From assembly GCF_009914755.1 (NCBI RefSeq), contig NC_060945.1: a stretch of 64,000 nt of DNA, one strand, 5' to 3'. The translations under genes and the position numbers were made by a program. Position 1 is the stretch's first letter. Every line of letters begins with the position of its first letter. Of the stretch, positions 1 through 12,972 are shown in pieces. The notes beneath the pieces are model-generated. The model made no database searches. It was not told the origin of the DNA and saw nothing but the letters and a program-made list of their open reading frames with translations. Origin of the DNA: the human T2T-CHM13v2.0 reference genome, Homo sapiens.

Positions 1-4
1 TATA

Positions 5-264
5 GGTGGGCGGGTCACAAGGTCAGGAGATCAAGACCATCCTGGCTAACACAGTGAAACCGCGAATCTACTAAAAATACAAAAAAAAATTAGCTGGGCG
101 TGGTGGCGGGCGCCTGTAGTCCCAGCTACTCGGTAGGCGTGACAGGAGAGTGGCGTGAACCCGGGAGGCGGAGCTTACAGTGAGCCGAGTTCGTGCCACT
201 GCACTCCAGCCTGGGTGACTTGTGAGACTCCGTCAAAAAAAAAAAAAAAAAAGAAAAAAGAAAG
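5..264 (+). mobile_element. AluY SINE, 5' end missing at window edge
   Basis: Alu dimer with Y diagnostics (gagatcaagaccatcctggctaacac, ggcgtgaacccgggaggcggagctt) and A-tail. Confidence 0.93.
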
Positions 265-536
265 TAAATATGTGAATCTTTCTTTGCAAATATTAAAATA
301 ATTTAAAAATGTAGATTATGAAATTTTAAACAGACTTTACTGGAATACTCCAAATCAAGGATATTTGAAAATTGGTTTTTTAATCATTTTAGCTGTAGAA
401 ATCATTTTATTTGAAGACTTTGTGTGTGTGTGTGTGTGGCAGAGAGAGAAAGAAAGAGATTATTAATGAGAGCAGTTACTGCAAAACATACTAATACATT
501 TTACCTACCAAAATATGAATTTCAGTCAATATATCC

Positions 537-787
537 TAAGGGTATGTATTTCATAGCTTTGAAGATCTTTAAAAGTATCTTATTGCAGGTTTGTGTTCAA
601 AGGAGTTGATCTTTTCAAGTCTATGGAACATCTTGAAGAGCAACAGAAGAGCAGGGTTTGTAAGGGTGTGTTTCATAGCTTCGATGATCTTGAAAAGTAT
701 GGTCTTATAGCAGATTTGTGCTCAAGAGTTAATCTTCCTTTTCAAGACTGTGGAAGATCTTGAAGAGCAACAGAAGAGTAGGGTTTT
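537..787. repeat. Diverged tandem duplication, 2 x ~124 bp
   Basis: taagggtatgtatttcatagc...atcttgaagagcaacagaagagcagggttt at 537 recurs at 661 with substitutions and small indels. Confidence 0.9.
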
Positions 788-1070
788 TAATAAATGGTTC
801 CTCTTTGCTGCAATATTTAATATTTCAGTATTGCATTTAAGAATGGTAACTATGGTTCATTATTATAATTCAGAATGCTAATTAAATCTTTATATTGTAT
901 AAATAACTAGTCTGGCTTCATATTTAAAGTCTTTCTGCCCAGACAATTAAGATTTTTAGATATATTAAAACCAAATAAAAATGATTCATTTTTAAAGAAT
1001 AAAAATAAAAGAATTATGTTCTGTAAATGTGTGACCATACTATTGTTTTTTAAAAATCCTGAAAGGATAT

Positions 1071-1300
1071 GGCCAGATATGGCAGCTCATGCCTGTAATC
1101 CTCACATTTTGGGAGGCCAAGGTGGGAAGATTGCTTGAGCCCAGGAGCTTGAGACCAGCCTGGGCAACACAGGGAGATGCTGTCTCTACAAAAAATAAAA
1201 AAATTTGTTGGGCATGGTGGCGTGCACCTGTGGTTCTGGCTACTTAGGAGGCTGAGGTAAGGAGGATCCCTTGAGCCCAGAGAGAGACCCCGTCTTAAAA
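1071..1300 (+). mobile_element. AluJ with internal deletion in right arm
   Basis: J diagnostics (gattgcttgagcccaggag); probable TSD atcctgaaagg at ~1056 and ~1430 enclosing a TA/CA/TG-rich tail. Confidence 0.9.
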
Positions 1301-1428
1301 TATGCATGTTTGTATGTATGTGTACGTATATATGTATACACACACAGATACAAATATATATGTGTGTGAATGAAAATACATATATATCTATATATAAAAA
1401 CACAGATATATAAAAATATGTGTGTGTG
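1301..1428. repeat. Degenerate (TA/CA/TG)n simple repeat derived from Alu tail
   Basis: alternating purine-pyrimidine runs between Alu end and second TSD copy. Confidence 0.8.
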
Positions 1429-1747
1429 CATCCTGAAAGGGTGTTGTAAATGTCAAGAATAAAAATCATCCAGTTTGATGTATTTTATAGTGCATTTCTA
1501 GAATGTACATATTTTGATACTTAAAACTGTTAACAGACATTAACAAAAAACATACAGAAACTTTAAAAGATTATCATAGTGGAGAAATTCAAGCCCACTC
1601 CAGTCCACTCCTGATGTCACTTCAGTCTGCTGTTAAAAGTGAAACACAGACAAGGCAAATAAATAAATAAATAAAATACAAATATCATAGGATTTTTTCC
1701 TCAAGAAAGTTGATATGCAATTCCTGCCTCAGAATAGATAGAAACTA

Positions 1748-2052
1748 GGCTGGGGTTATGGAAGCTCATGCCTGTAATTCCAGCACTTTGGGAGGCCAAG
1801 GTGGGAGGATTGCTTGAGCTCAGGAATTAGAGACCAATCTGGGCAACATAGTGAGACCCCCATCTCTACAACAAAATTTATAAAACAATATATGGGGATG
1901 ATGGCCCACACCTGTCGTCTCACCTACTCGGAAAACTGAGGCAGGAGGGTCACTTGAGCCCAGGAGCCCAAGAATACAGTGAGCTGTGATCACACAAACT
2001 GCACTCCAGCCTGGGTGACAAAGCAAGACCCTGTCTCAGAAAAGAAAAAAAA
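1748..2052 (+). mobile_element. AluJ
   Basis: full dimer with J diagnostics (ggaggattgcttgagc, cagtgagctgtgatc, gcaagaccctgtctc), A-tail. Confidence 0.92.
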
Positions 2053-2324
2053 GGAACCAGATGTTAGTGGAGCACATGAGTCAATGTTCTGTCATCTGAT
2101 ACCCTGGCATTGAATATTAAAGTAGGTCTATTTAAATGGGAAATAATTATCTGAACCTTCAGCTTCCTTAAATTCAACGTCATAAAATATGTCACATGAT
2201 GTTAGCCATATTCCCTTCTATCTTAGATATCTTGGGAAGTGTTGCTGTCTTTCAAGACTATTCTCTCTGACATATCTGATAAACCAGCTGTAGAGCAAAT
2301 TTGTATCAGATATGTGTCTTTACA

Positions 2325-2540
2325 ACTTCTGGAGCCACACTGCCTGGATTCAAATTTTGATAGCACCTCTTGCCAAGTTTCTGACTTTGAGCAAGTTACT
2401 TATCTCCTCTGTGGCTCAGTTTTCTTGCCTAGTAAAAGGCTTATGATCATAATGATGCTTAAATCCAAGTATGGGCATGCAGGCTAAGTGAAGTGATATA
2501 TGTAAAGCACTCCGAAAAACTCTGATCTCTATAGCTGTTA
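2325..2540 (+). mobile_element. MIR SINE
   Basis: core match tgactttgagcaagttacttatctcctctgtggctcagtttt. Confidence 0.8.
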
Positions 2541-4175
2541 CCCATGTTTTTTATATAGCAGTGTCTCATGATACAAGTTTATTCATCTGTATTCAGCAGG
2601 ACACTGTGAACTTGTTGGCAGCAAGGAAACTGTTGTTACTTATCTTTTTGTATTGAAAGTTTATCTCAGTGTCATGCAAATGGCAGGGGATTAGCATTTG
2701 AGTTGTTGTTAGACTTAATTTTAACAGTGGTTCCTGCAGTTTCATAGGTATTATAATGTCAAATTGAGGTCGAATATGTGACCTCAATGACCAGTACTAA
2801 ATTTTGTTCAAGATTCTATTGGATTATCTGTTCAAAATACAAGCATTTAAACATTTAAATCTCAAATTTCCCCCATATAACATTTGTTTTTCTTTTAAAA
2901 CAGCTTTTCAAATATGTCCTTTTCAACCAACACTTCCAACCAACACTTACTGTCATACTCCAAACTGTTATTTTACAGTTTTTTCTTTCTATTTTTGCTT
3001 CACCATTTTGGCGTCACCTCTTGGTTCAGGTTTTCTTGCCAGCACCAAAAACTCCTGTAGCTTATTTCTCAGTTATGTGACTGCATTGGTACTGCAGTTC
3101 AGGGAAACTTAATTCTTACTGGTTTGTTTTGTTTTGTTTTGTTTTTAGTTTAATAAGAGATAATGTCTGAAAGGACATGAGCAAAAGTAAAGAAACAAAA
3201 ATCTAGTCCTGCTGCTTGACAAAATAGTATGAGAAAAAAGCAGACAAGCACCAAACCAAACAATAATAGCAAAATATCTAAGAAAATTTGATAATTGTTT
3301 TGTCAGAATGAAAACTTTTTCTCTAAGTGATATTTTTCAGTTATTTTATTCTCCCTAATTGGTACATCTCCTTTATTGTATTAAATAAGAGAATCTGCCT
3401 AAGTGTTTATAGCTGCTTTATGAAACAGCTTATATCCTTTTTTTGAAAGGGGTTTGTGACATCACTTGGTTTGTACAAGTTAGAGAAGCTATGCAATTAC
3501 TAGTGAAATAGTTTTATTAAGTTTGCTTTAAATGATAAAGATTTTACTTGGAAACACTCTAAGGATGTTTCTGTTTTTACTGGGGTATTTAAGACAATGC
3601 TTGTAAGTGTTCAATGATTTCTTTGATATAATTTAGTGAATTTTGGCTAAACACATATTTTTAAAAACAACAATTATTTGAAAATAGAAAAATATGCCAG
3701 AAAGCAAAACTGGTTTTGCTAATGGGTTGCTATTTAGATTCTAAGTATTCATTAACCAGGAGGTGGCTAATGAGCAGATGTTTAATGAGCAACAGAAATG
3801 AATTGACAGGTTTTTTTGCTTGTTTATTTCAGACAGACTAAAGGTACAGATATGTTGATGAAACAAACAAAAAAGAAAAACAAGAAAGTATTCAACTTGA
3901 TGAGACTTAAGGAAAGATGTTCTAGTAATAGAATTGAATATGGTGTGGAAGCTTGCATTAAAACTTCAGAAAAATATTTCTACAACTGTAGGGATAAATA
4001 AAACTAATACACAAAGAGCACTAATAGTTAAACTTATTGAAAGAAATGTAATCAACTCATATTCAATACATTATGCATTGTTTTTTTCTTTCATAACTCA
4101 TTAACTTGCTAATGGCCATTTTACTGCTTATTTTCAGGGGTAAGAAGCTGTGTGGATTTTTGTTCTGTTTGCTTT

Positions 4176-5229
4176 TGAGAACTAAGCTCTGATTTTTTTC
4201 ATCTTGCCCAAATTCCTACTTAAGAGGTCTGGGAAGTCATGTCCTACAAATCATAAATTCTCATCACATGGATTTTATTTAACACTGTATGTCATAACTT
4301 AATTTCCAATCTGACTCTGGTATAACCAGGAAGAAATCAAAATGTTTTACCCCAAAATATATTTCCTTGGCATACTATGAAATTGTCCTGCAATGTCTCT
4401 TGTGGGAAAAATCCACATTCTATAAAGAATCCCCTTTCCCCTTTGTTTTCCTTCTTTCCTTTCCAAATCCAGGAGATAAATCAACTAAGAGCCAGGCACC
4501 CTTTTAAGTCCAATAAGAAACATTTTACAACCTGCTCTCTCTGAAGTCTGCTATCTGAGAGCTTCCTCTGTACAATAAAACTTGGTCTCCACAATCCTTT
4601 ATCTTAACCTAAACATTTCATTTCTATTAATCCCAGGTCTTTAGATAAACTCAACTAGTTGTCAATCAGAAAGTGTTTAAATTTACCCATAGCCTGGAAG
4701 ACCCCCTTTAAGTTGTCCCACCTTTCTGAACCAACCCGATGTATTTTTTTTTTTGAGACGGAGTCTGGCTCTGTCACCCAGACTGGAGTACAGTGGCGCA
4801 ATCTCTGCTCGCTGCAAGCTCTGCCTCCAGGGTTCACGCCATTCTCCTGCCTCAGCCTCCAGAGTTAGCTGGGACTACAGGTGCCCGCCACACGCCCGGC
4901 TAATTTTTTTCTATTTTTAGTAGAGACAGGTTTTCACTGTGTTAGCCAGGTTGGCATTGATCTCCTGACCTCGTGATCCACCCGCCTCGGCCTCCCAAAG
5001 TGCTGGGATTACAGGCGTGAGCTACCACCTGGCCTGATGTATTCCTTAAATGTATTTGATTAATGTCTCATGCCTCCCTAAAATATATACAACCAAGCTG
5101 TACTCCAACCACCTGGGGCACATGTTCTCAGGACTTCCTGAGGGCTGTGTCACAGGCCATGGTCTCTCATATTTGGCTCAGAATAAATCTCTAAAAATAT
5201 TTTACAGAGTTTGACTCTTTTCGTCAACA
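4176..5229 (+). mobile_element. MER4-group (MER4D/E-like) ERV1 solo LTR interrupted by AluY
   Basis: starts tgagaactaagctctgatttt, ends ggctcagaataaatctc...gtttgactcttttcgtcaaca (TG...CA). Confidence 0.85.
4746..5034 (-). mobile_element. AluY inserted in the MER4 LTR
   Basis: antisense Alu with Y diagnostics; TSD gatgtatt at 4738-4745 and 5036-5043. Confidence 0.93.
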
Positions 5230-5397
5230 TTTTTTAGATCTGTGTATCATGCATTCTTCTTTGTTGGGTTTAATTCTCCTGACCTTAGATTTCTCATACA
5301 GTTTGTAGCTCTCATAAGATAATCACAAAGAACCAAAAAACAAAAAGTATTAGGAAATTTTATATACTTTCTATTTACTATTTATATTTACTATTAA

Positions 5398-5661
<264 letters not shown>

Positions 5662-5973
5662 GCATATTTCCTTTATTTTTGTATATAATTTATATGCTGA
5701 TACAATTAAACTATACTGATTAAATACCCTATAATGATCAAATTCTAACATAATTTTTCATGCCCATAAAACACCACTACATTAGGCTTCTAATTACATG
5801 TTTGATTCTTTTTAATAGATTCAATAATTGATGGCATAGACCCTTCTGAATTGCCTAATAAAAAGAGCATGAAAATTAGAGTCAGCCACTGACTATCACA
5901 CTGACTACTTTTTTTTTTTAAATGTTACTATAAGGAATTTAGAAGTCTTCCATTTCCTTTTAATATTGTTGTT

Positions 5974-6282
<309 letters not shown>

Positions 6283-7079
6283 TCATTATGCATATAAATG
6301 GGTTTTTGAAGATGTAAATAGTATAAAGTGGAAATGTTATTGTTGGGTTAGGAGCATTTGAAGATAGCTTGATTCATTTCCTTAGGTTAATGGACACACA
6401 ATTATTATTCTACAGTATGCATCAGATCAGGTGACTGATCAAATGACTTCTCAAGTTGACTAACTAGACTTTGCAAAATTTGAATGTTTTTTTCATTTCA
6501 CATTAAGCACTGTAAAGTGCAAAAAAAAAAAAGGTTTTTCTCTTTAGACTCTGTTTTAATCTGATGTACTCCTCGATTTGCATTTCACACACTCCCTTAA
6601 TTTGTACCAGACCTAAAAAAGTGAAAGGATTAACTTTCTTAAGGATGCATTGGAGAAACTATCATTTTAGAACCCATGTAGTTCAAGTATGCCAAAACCT
6701 GATTTTAGTAGGAGTTAAGTCAGGGATTATGTACCATTCATATGATTATTTTTGGGGATGGTTTATGAGTGTTAACAGAACTCTGGTAAGTCAGGTGCCA
6801 CCATTTTGGTCAAAGTAAAGAAGGCACATTGATTGATACTGCTTTCTGTGTTCCTTGTTGACCCATTTTTTTTCCTTCTTTCGTATTCCAACTCAGTGAT
6901 GCCAACCCTACTTAGCCTAGCACTTCAGTTTTAGATGTGTATCATTTTTGTTTGTCCTGCCAGAATGGAAGATGTTAGCATCAACCACTGTTCTTTATTC
7001 ATCTTCGGATTCCCAACAACACCTGTCATTGGGGGTCTGATATTGGAGATCTAACAAGGAACCTGAAAGATGTTTTAGT

Positions 7080-7230
7080 GTTAGAAGTGTTGCCTTCTCA
7101 GTGCCTTAATCTCCCGATCTGGGAAATGAAAATGAGCACCATGCCTATACGCCTGCGTGATTATAAGATTTAAATGAGTCAGTACTTGCCATACATAGAC
7201 ACTACAAATGTGAAGTATTTTAGTTATCAT
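7080..7230 (+). mobile_element. MIR fragment (preceded by a short L2 3' fragment ~6930-7025)
   Basis: tctcagtgccttaatctcccgatctgggaaatgaaaat...ataagatttaaatgag resembles MIR core and tail. Confidence 0.6.
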
Positions 7231-7412
7231 TAGTATTCTTTCTCGAGGTTGTAGGAAACATGATTATAATATCAAAATGAATTTGGCTGTGGAAATAGTT
7301 AAATATTTATTTGGGAACAGCATGATACATTTGATTTCGTCTTATCAAGATACTTTAAAGTTGTTATTTTTCAGACCAAAATATCTGGACCCAATGCCAC
7401 TTGGTGTCCACT

Positions 7413-7812
7413 GTGATATGTGGTGCAAATAACCCTTCAATAAAAGAAGTGTTTGTCCCAGTTGAAGGGAGGGATGTCAACAGCAGATTTTAATCTCTTC
7501 AAGAATTGCTTTAGCTCTAGATGGTCCCATGTCCAAGGTAATATCCTTTTTATGGTTTTTTTCACAGCCAGCAAGGCAGAATATAAAAACCTGACCATCT
7601 CAGAAAAAATTCTAAAGCATGCTTCAAGCTATGGAACTCCCCATGAAGCTAGCCAAGAGTGTCATTGGGTTTCTGTTGCAGTTTGACTTCTCCTTCCCAA
7701 TTCTGCATCTTCGCTTCCCCTTTTCACATGTGTTGATCCCAAGGACACTTCTTATAAACATCCTTCAAGCTAAACCAGCTCAGTTTCTATCCAGGAAACC
7801 CAGTCTGGGATA
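7413..7812 (+). mobile_element. LTR16-like ERVL LTR
   Basis: 3' end cacatgtgttgatcccaaggacacttcttataaacatcc...ggaaacccagtctggga matches LTR16 family. Confidence 0.65.
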
Positions 7813-8350
7813 CTCACATAGAGTTATAACTTTTCATGTAGTGGATGCTTAATTAAATGGATATCAAATTGCGCTGAAGAACAAAATATGAAACAAACTT
7901 CATTTTCAGAATGCAAATTGTTTGCAACTCAGGTTTCTTAGGCTGTGTTAGGCTGGGGATAAAATTAGTAATAATAAGTGTTTTGACTTAGCATTACAGC
8001 TTCTGAACCCAGCACAGTATCTTGTGCCATAATAGGCTCATGGCAAACAGTGTTGCTTGCAAGAAGAGCAGACATTTCTGTAAATTTGGCCACATTTGCT
8101 GGTTTACAACTTCTGTTGCCTGTTTCTTTTCCAAATTTACTTTCTGGAGTCTCATACAATTGTAGGAACTTCTTCATCTCTGTCACTTCAAGACAATTAA
8201 TAACTTCCCTTTTTGTGGCTCTCTGTAACCGATATTTCTGATGTGGTAATAACAGTGGCACAGATAAGCGACTGCAAAAACCTTTCTCCACAGTTATTAC
8301 TGTTGCTATCATGCTAAGTTCTCCAGGGAAGAACAGAATTCCTTTCTTTA

Positions 8351-8470
8351 TTCAACTTTCATTTTAGAGTCAGAGTATATATGCAGGATTTTTTTTAACA
8401 AAGGTAAATTGCATGATGCTGAGGTTTGGAGTATGAACGAATTCATCACCCAGGCAGTGTGCACAGTACA
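8351..8470 (-). mobile_element. L1PB/late-L1PA 3' end fragment
   Basis: aactttcattttagag...ggtaaattgcatgatgctgaggtttgg...atcacccagg. Confidence 0.75.
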
Positions 8471-8530
8471 GAATTTTTTAACCAGGATTTTCGTAAGCTG
8501 TATCATGAGAACTCAAACTCATGATGGCCA

Positions 8531-8806
8531 TTTTTTTTTTTTTTTTTTTTTTGAGACGGAGTCTCGCTCTGTCGCCCAGGCTGGAGTACACTGGCACTGG
8601 CAACATCTCGGCCCACTGCAAGCTCCGCCTCCCGGGTTCACACCATTCTCCTGCCTCAGCCTCCTGAGGAGCTGGGACTACAGGCGCCCGCCACCACGCC
8701 TGGCTAATTTTTTGTGTTTTTAATAGAGATGGGGTTTCACCATATTGAACAGGCTGGTATAGAACTCCTGATCTCAGGTGATTCACCCACCTCAGCCTCT
8801 CAAAGT
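8531..8806 (-). mobile_element. Alu, 5'-truncated, apparently chimeric (AluS left arm, AluY right arm)
   Basis: right arm gcaagctccgcctcccgggttcacaccattc (Y); left arm atctcaggtgattcaccc (Sx-type, more diverged). Confidence 0.85.
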
Positions 8807-11557
8807 AGATGTCCATTTCTTAAATGTTTTCCAGGTATTTTAGTCCATATTCTATTTCAGGTGTGACTTCTATATGTCTCTCTAGCATATAGTAAAGATT
8901 CCCCAAATCTTAGGCTGGACAGAAAAAAAAAATCTGAGGAATTGTCCACAATACTGAACATTCAAAATCATCTCTTTCTTTAGACCCAAACAGTTGATTT
9001 CTTGGAATGAATTCTTTCCCCAGAAATATCTCATCCCCTGGGCAAATAGACCTCTGGTGGCCTGTAATCCTACCAAGCAAACAAAGTTTAGACAGATTAG
9101 AAACACTGTAATGGACTAAATTTAGGCTCCATCTGGGGTTTCTACTATAGTTAAAAAATCAATTATTGCGTAGTACCTATTTACTCTCTTTTTTTCCAAA
9201 GTGAAAATAGAAGTAGATAATATTCAACCAGTCAGCACAAAATTTGTGTCCTCTTAAAAAATTTAGAGTAAATAAAGTATTCATAAGCCTCATATACTCA
9301 TTTCTAAGGGTTTGTTTGTTTTTGTATTTTGCTTTGCTTGCTTATTCTCCTTACCATTTCTTACCACTTGTTTATGCTTTAAGAGCATGTATAAATTTAT
9401 TTTACTTACAGCGGACAAACTTCTTATTGAATAGTTGAAAAAAAAAGCAAAAACAATTAATTGCTGGTATTTCATTGTGAAGATATTAAATAGTTATTAT
9501 AATTCTATGGAATTAAGTATTATGGTAATAGGCTCAAAGTAGCATTTAAAATTTGCTTCTGAGTAAATATTTATATAATGATTGTGCATTTTAATGTCAA
9601 AAGGACAAATGGTTTGCATTATAAAAATTTGTGGCGACATCAGAATATGGTTAATAGCTTTTTCTCACTCTTAGGTTTTCTCTAATTCCAATATTTTCAT
9701 TGCATCCATCTTCTTAAGTGAATATGACATGTTATTCCTTACTTGTGTATATTACAAAATTTTTTATTACCAATACTGATGAAACTAACCTGTGAAGCAT
9801 GTGGACCAGTTACCATTTTAACTAGTTTGATTAATTTTAAATTCTTTTTTGTGTGTTGTCTTTGTTTTGGTTTTTTGGAACTCTGAAGGTCAACTTTGTA
9901 GACTATGTGTTATTTTTAAAAATTAATTGTTTTAATTTTTGCCATTTATTTACATATATATTATAATATTATTTTCTACATATATGCATATGCCCCTTTA
10001 TATCATTTCTAATGCGCTATCATTTTTTCCCTCTCATTTTTTCATTTTTTTTGTCATGAGTATATTTAAGAAACCAGTTTTATTTTTATTTACTCCTTTT
10101 CTGTCATTTTGCGTTTTGTTATGGTAAATTCATCTTTTATCCATCTTAATTCCCCTCCTAAATTTTTCTTGGTTTATATTGTTGTTCTTTTTCTACTTAC
10201 TTATATGTATATACATACACATATACATTCATATATGGTATTTTTAATAATAAAACTTTTACTATTTTGAACATTACTATGAGTACATACCTGTTCCTAT
10301 AGTTTTAGGATTAAGCTATTCTTTTTTTTTTCAACTCTACATCTTTATATAATTTGGTATGTGTTATGATTTCCGTGTAAGTTTGGAAGGTGATCCTTGG
10401 AAACACCAATTATTTACTCCATACCAACATCCAAAAGATCACTTGACATTTTCATTGGTTTGACTTCAGAATTAGAAACTCTACTTTTTATAAAATAAAC
10501 ATTATAAACTATAAATTGTGCCTACCCAGTCAACAGTCATTGCCGAAGCTTTTCATGACTTTGTGATTGAATAATCTGAATTAGAAATTTTTTCAATAAT
10601 GTTACATATTAGGAACCTAGGCGTAAGTACAAATTTGTTGGTGAATATTGGTTGTCACCACACAGTACAGTATTTCAGATATTCAAACAGATGGGTTATT
10701 TTTAAAAATGTGTTTGAACTCATTTACTTCAGTTTGTAAATCTTACTGCTAACGTACTCCTGTGGTCTAACAGATCAGCGTAAAATGTTAAGGTTGTAAC
10801 TGTGATTTAGTACATGAAGATATACTCCTTACATACTCAAATACTAGCTCATGATAATTAGAACAAAATTTAAAGGCATGGTTTATAACCATAGACTCGA
10901 TAATATCTATCAAGATGTATTGCCAGAGTAATTACCCAAGTGTTAACACACAGGCATATGAAATCAATATATACAGTGACTTAAAACACATGTAAATTGA
11001 TTCCAAAAGATGTGATACCGATGTCTATTTTAAATTGCTAGAAAAGAAATGAATTAAAAGTTTGACATAACATACTTTTTGCCAAAATTAATTCAAGTCT
11101 CTCTGTTAAATTAGATTTTGAAAATTTGTCTCAAAGAGAACTATGAGTATAGGAAAACTGACAAAATCTGAACAGTGTGCTGCTTAAAACTAGCCTTTAA
11201 CTGTTTTAGATTCTTTTCTCTCAGTCCTGCAGAAAAGTCCAGGATACTGTTTCTGCCTCATAAATTTTTAAATACTTCCTTAGAATGAAGTTTTCTTATA
11301 TGTAGAAACGAAGTTGGCTTAAGACCCTAAGTTGGGAATATTTTCTTTAGCTTTGAGATCCATAGGAAAGAATGTATCTCACAAACACCCTTAAGGAAAA
11401 TGAAACTTAAAAATATTAGCTACAAGAGAGAAATATAAACATGCTATTTCTTTTTGTAACATCTCTTAATTTTCAGACAACCTTTCTTATCTGTTAAGTA
11501 TTGGTATATTTTTGATAGTGCTGTGTAAATTCAGAAAGGTGATTAAAACCAAGAAGC

Positions 11558-11590
11558 TTACCCTAGAACTTAAAGTATAATAATAATAAT
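11558..11590 (+). mobile_element. Micro-L1PA insertion (extreme 5' truncation)
   Basis: taccctagaacttaaagtat(aat)n flanked by perfect 13-bp TSD aaaaccaagaagc (11545-11557, 11591-11603). Confidence 0.9.
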
Positions 11591-12059
11591 AAAACCAAGA
11601 AGCCACATGAAGTCATATAAATTGTCTCCAAAACACTTAAAGAATGATTAAGTGATTATCCTGTGAAATCATTCAGATAATTTGTATGTGTCTGTGTGAT
11701 TATGCCCACTGGGCACCTTTAAAGATGCTTTAAAAATAACCTTATTATCTCTTGTGATCCAACAACTTATTATCCAGTAAATAACAAACAGAAAACTACA
11801 TTGACTATTCCTTTACTAAAATAATGACAGTTTTAATGTATTAATAGGAGACTTTTTAGGTGTAGGGTAATGATAGGGAACATGAACAGCTCTGAGAGCA
11901 GACCTGCTTACTTATTTTCTTCTCAATCTAACTTCTTAATTTGTTTGAATTATAATGAACTCTAAGGAGGAAAAACAGCTTCTTAGTAATATGTAAAAAC
12001 TAAAGCTCATCTCAACACAAAATGGAGATCACTGGGGAACTGGTGTTCAAGGTTAGCAG

Positions 12060-12275
12060 TTAGGAGAAGGCTCAGGGACACCCCACTTGAGATTTGGGAT
12101 TAGACTAAGTGTCTCATCACTTAGTAGCTGTTATTTACACTTCCTAAACCTTACTTTCCCCATTTGTAAAATCAGTAATAATCGAGCCTAACTCGTAGAT
12201 TTGATGTGTGAAGTGAAAGAGGAAACATGTAAATACAATGCTGGCATAATCCATGTTCGGTAATTAGTAGCTCTT
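12060..12275 (+). mobile_element. MIR
   Basis: atcacttagtagctg...cttactttccccatttgtaaaat...aacatgtaaa. Confidence 0.7.
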
Positions 12276-12862
12276 GTCACCATTATTATGACACTTACAC
12301 ATCCCTAAATATTATGGGACTAAAAATCCATCAGGATGAATAAAAGATAAAAACAGTACACTCTTCTTAAGGTACCTCATTTTGCTAGCAATATTTTTAT
12401 AGTCAATAAACTGTTCTCTCTCTAGGTAAAGAAATTCTGGCTTAAGCATTTTTTATTTGCACTGTATTAACTACTATCTTTACGCATAGCAATAAAATAA
12501 TTGGAGGAAAAAAAGCCTGTGTCTTTATATATTAGAAATGCTACATAGTACTGAAATGATGCACTTTAAGATCTAAACATGGAATCAGGGAGTCATATTT
12601 ATTCATTAAACTTTCCAGTAGCTTTCCCTTTGATTAACAGTGTGTATTGAATATAATCTTGAGGAAAAACTGTGGAATTCCTATTGGAATAAATGAGCAA
12701 ATAGATTATATTTGACTTTCTTTTTTTCCCCCAATAGCGTAATTTTAATTTACATTGGTAATATTGCCCATTCATCTGACTCAGTTATCAAGTTGCAAAA
12801 ATTCTTCCAGATAACACTAATATAAATGGGTAATTGACAGTTTAGAGCAAGTGACAGAGATA

Positions 12863-12866
<4 letters not shown>

Positions 12867-12907
<41 letters not shown>

Positions 12908-12972
12908 ATGAGAGAGGGGGAGAGAGAGGAGAGAGAGAGAGAGTGAGAGAGAGAGATAGTGAGAGAGAGAGA
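12867..12972. repeat. Compound (TG)n(GA)n microsatellite
   Basis: ~20 TG units followed by an interrupted GA run. Confidence 0.97.
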
